Source of the DNA: Takakia lepidozioides
Taxonomy: Eukaryota; Plantae; Bryophyta
DNA: 64,000 bases
NCBI GenBank assembly: GCA_030704615.1
Contig: CM060731.1
Span: forward strand, 66,030,001-66,094,000
Reading direction: 5' to 3'
Shown here: positions 62,944 to 64,000 of the stretch, one piece after another
Layout: each line of letters opens with the position of its first letter
Numbering within the stretch: position 1 is the stretch's first letter
Position numbers and translations under genes: made by a program
The notes under the pieces: model-generated
Databases searched by the model: none
What the model was told of the DNA's origin: nothing
What the model saw: the letters and a program-made list of their open reading frames with translations, nothing else

Positions 62944-64000
62944 ATCGCAACTCACAAAGCAAGTCTCATCTAGTTTTGTTTCATGTTCCTCGTCGTCTTC
63001 TTCTTCCTCCGCCTTCTTGTACCACCAACCTCACAAACCCCACATTTCAATCGATATGTACTGTTGTGCACAGCAATGAAGCCGGGCTCACATTGCTTTG
63101 CCTGTGTGTGGACTGAGGACACATCACTTCTTGGCTACCTACCCATTGAATGTGATGCAAGAGAGCAAGGACGAGGATCCGGATTACAGCAATGCAGTAT
63201 GCTCTGCTTGAGTTCTCAGTTACACAACACTTGCACGAACTGCCAAGACGCAATCCAGATTGTGAAACATCCCTTTGGGCCCATGCCTCTGAGCAGCGCG
63301 TAATAAGACTGGTGAAGAAGAGTAGGTGAAGGGCTGGCATGTAGACAACCTACTGGTCTTGAATGTGAAGCCTCATTTGTTGATAACAAGTGATGTGCAA
63401 TTTTCAGATGGTGCACACAAAAGATCTTAACTGGAGGTGGAGCAGAGATGATACTGCCTTCCACAGTGTCATGCAGTACTCATGAGCCTGCAAAATAAGA
63501 ATGGTGAAAGCCCTTGATGAAGGTGCCCAACCTTCCAGCCAAAGCCCGGTGTACACACTACACACTCTGGCCAGCAGGGTACACAACCCTGTCAGAGATG
63601 GGCTCTGTTTTAACAATCAACTACATACCCTCCACATCTTTACAGAATTTCAGGAACCATTGACCACTGTTGACACCAAAGAGGCCCCTTGGGTACCCTT
63701 TATTGCCAGGAATCAACACTCTTCAGGCTACCACTACTGTCTGATTGTTAAGTTCCAGAATTGGATCTCTTTATTTGTAAGAGGCTCTAAAGACACAATA
63801 CACCTAAAGAAGCTTTCACCAACGGGGTGGGAACGCTTTGGAAGCTTGGTTGTGAAGTGCTCAGGGTGAGATATGTTCCATTGACAGGCACCCAATACTC
63901 TAACAAAGCTCTGTACAAGGGATACAGAGGCGCTTCAGTTGGTGGACATGTACTGCTTGCATAGATTTCCACCTGCATTTGCTACAAGTGGGGCACTTTG

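Overview
Eukaryotic land-plant genomic DNA, probably a non-seed plant (inference from PLS-type PPR fragments and gene content). The right third is gene-rich: an intact 9-exon equilibrative nucleoside transporter (ENT3-like, +), a DUF863-like gene (-) and a 4-exon TBL12-like O-acetyltransferase (-). The left part holds a B3/REM-like gene or pseudogene, PPR fragments and decayed repeats. The centre (17952-42840) holds two diverged, decayed copies of an unusual Ty3/Gypsy-like retroelement on the minus strand. Its polyprotein order is Gag-protease-[DNMT3-like C5 cytosine methyltransferase]-RT-RNaseH-DDE integrase-PHD finger. Copy 2 has no conventional LTR pair; it has a split-direct-repeat layout A1-internal-B1-A2-B2, TGTC...GACA termini, a CCCC target duplication and no visible PBS or PPT. 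Copy 1 has the same termini but no internal repeat. Two non-autonomous CACTA elements, each with an AAA target duplication, are nested in copy 2. All calls are from reading the sequence by eye; no searches were run.
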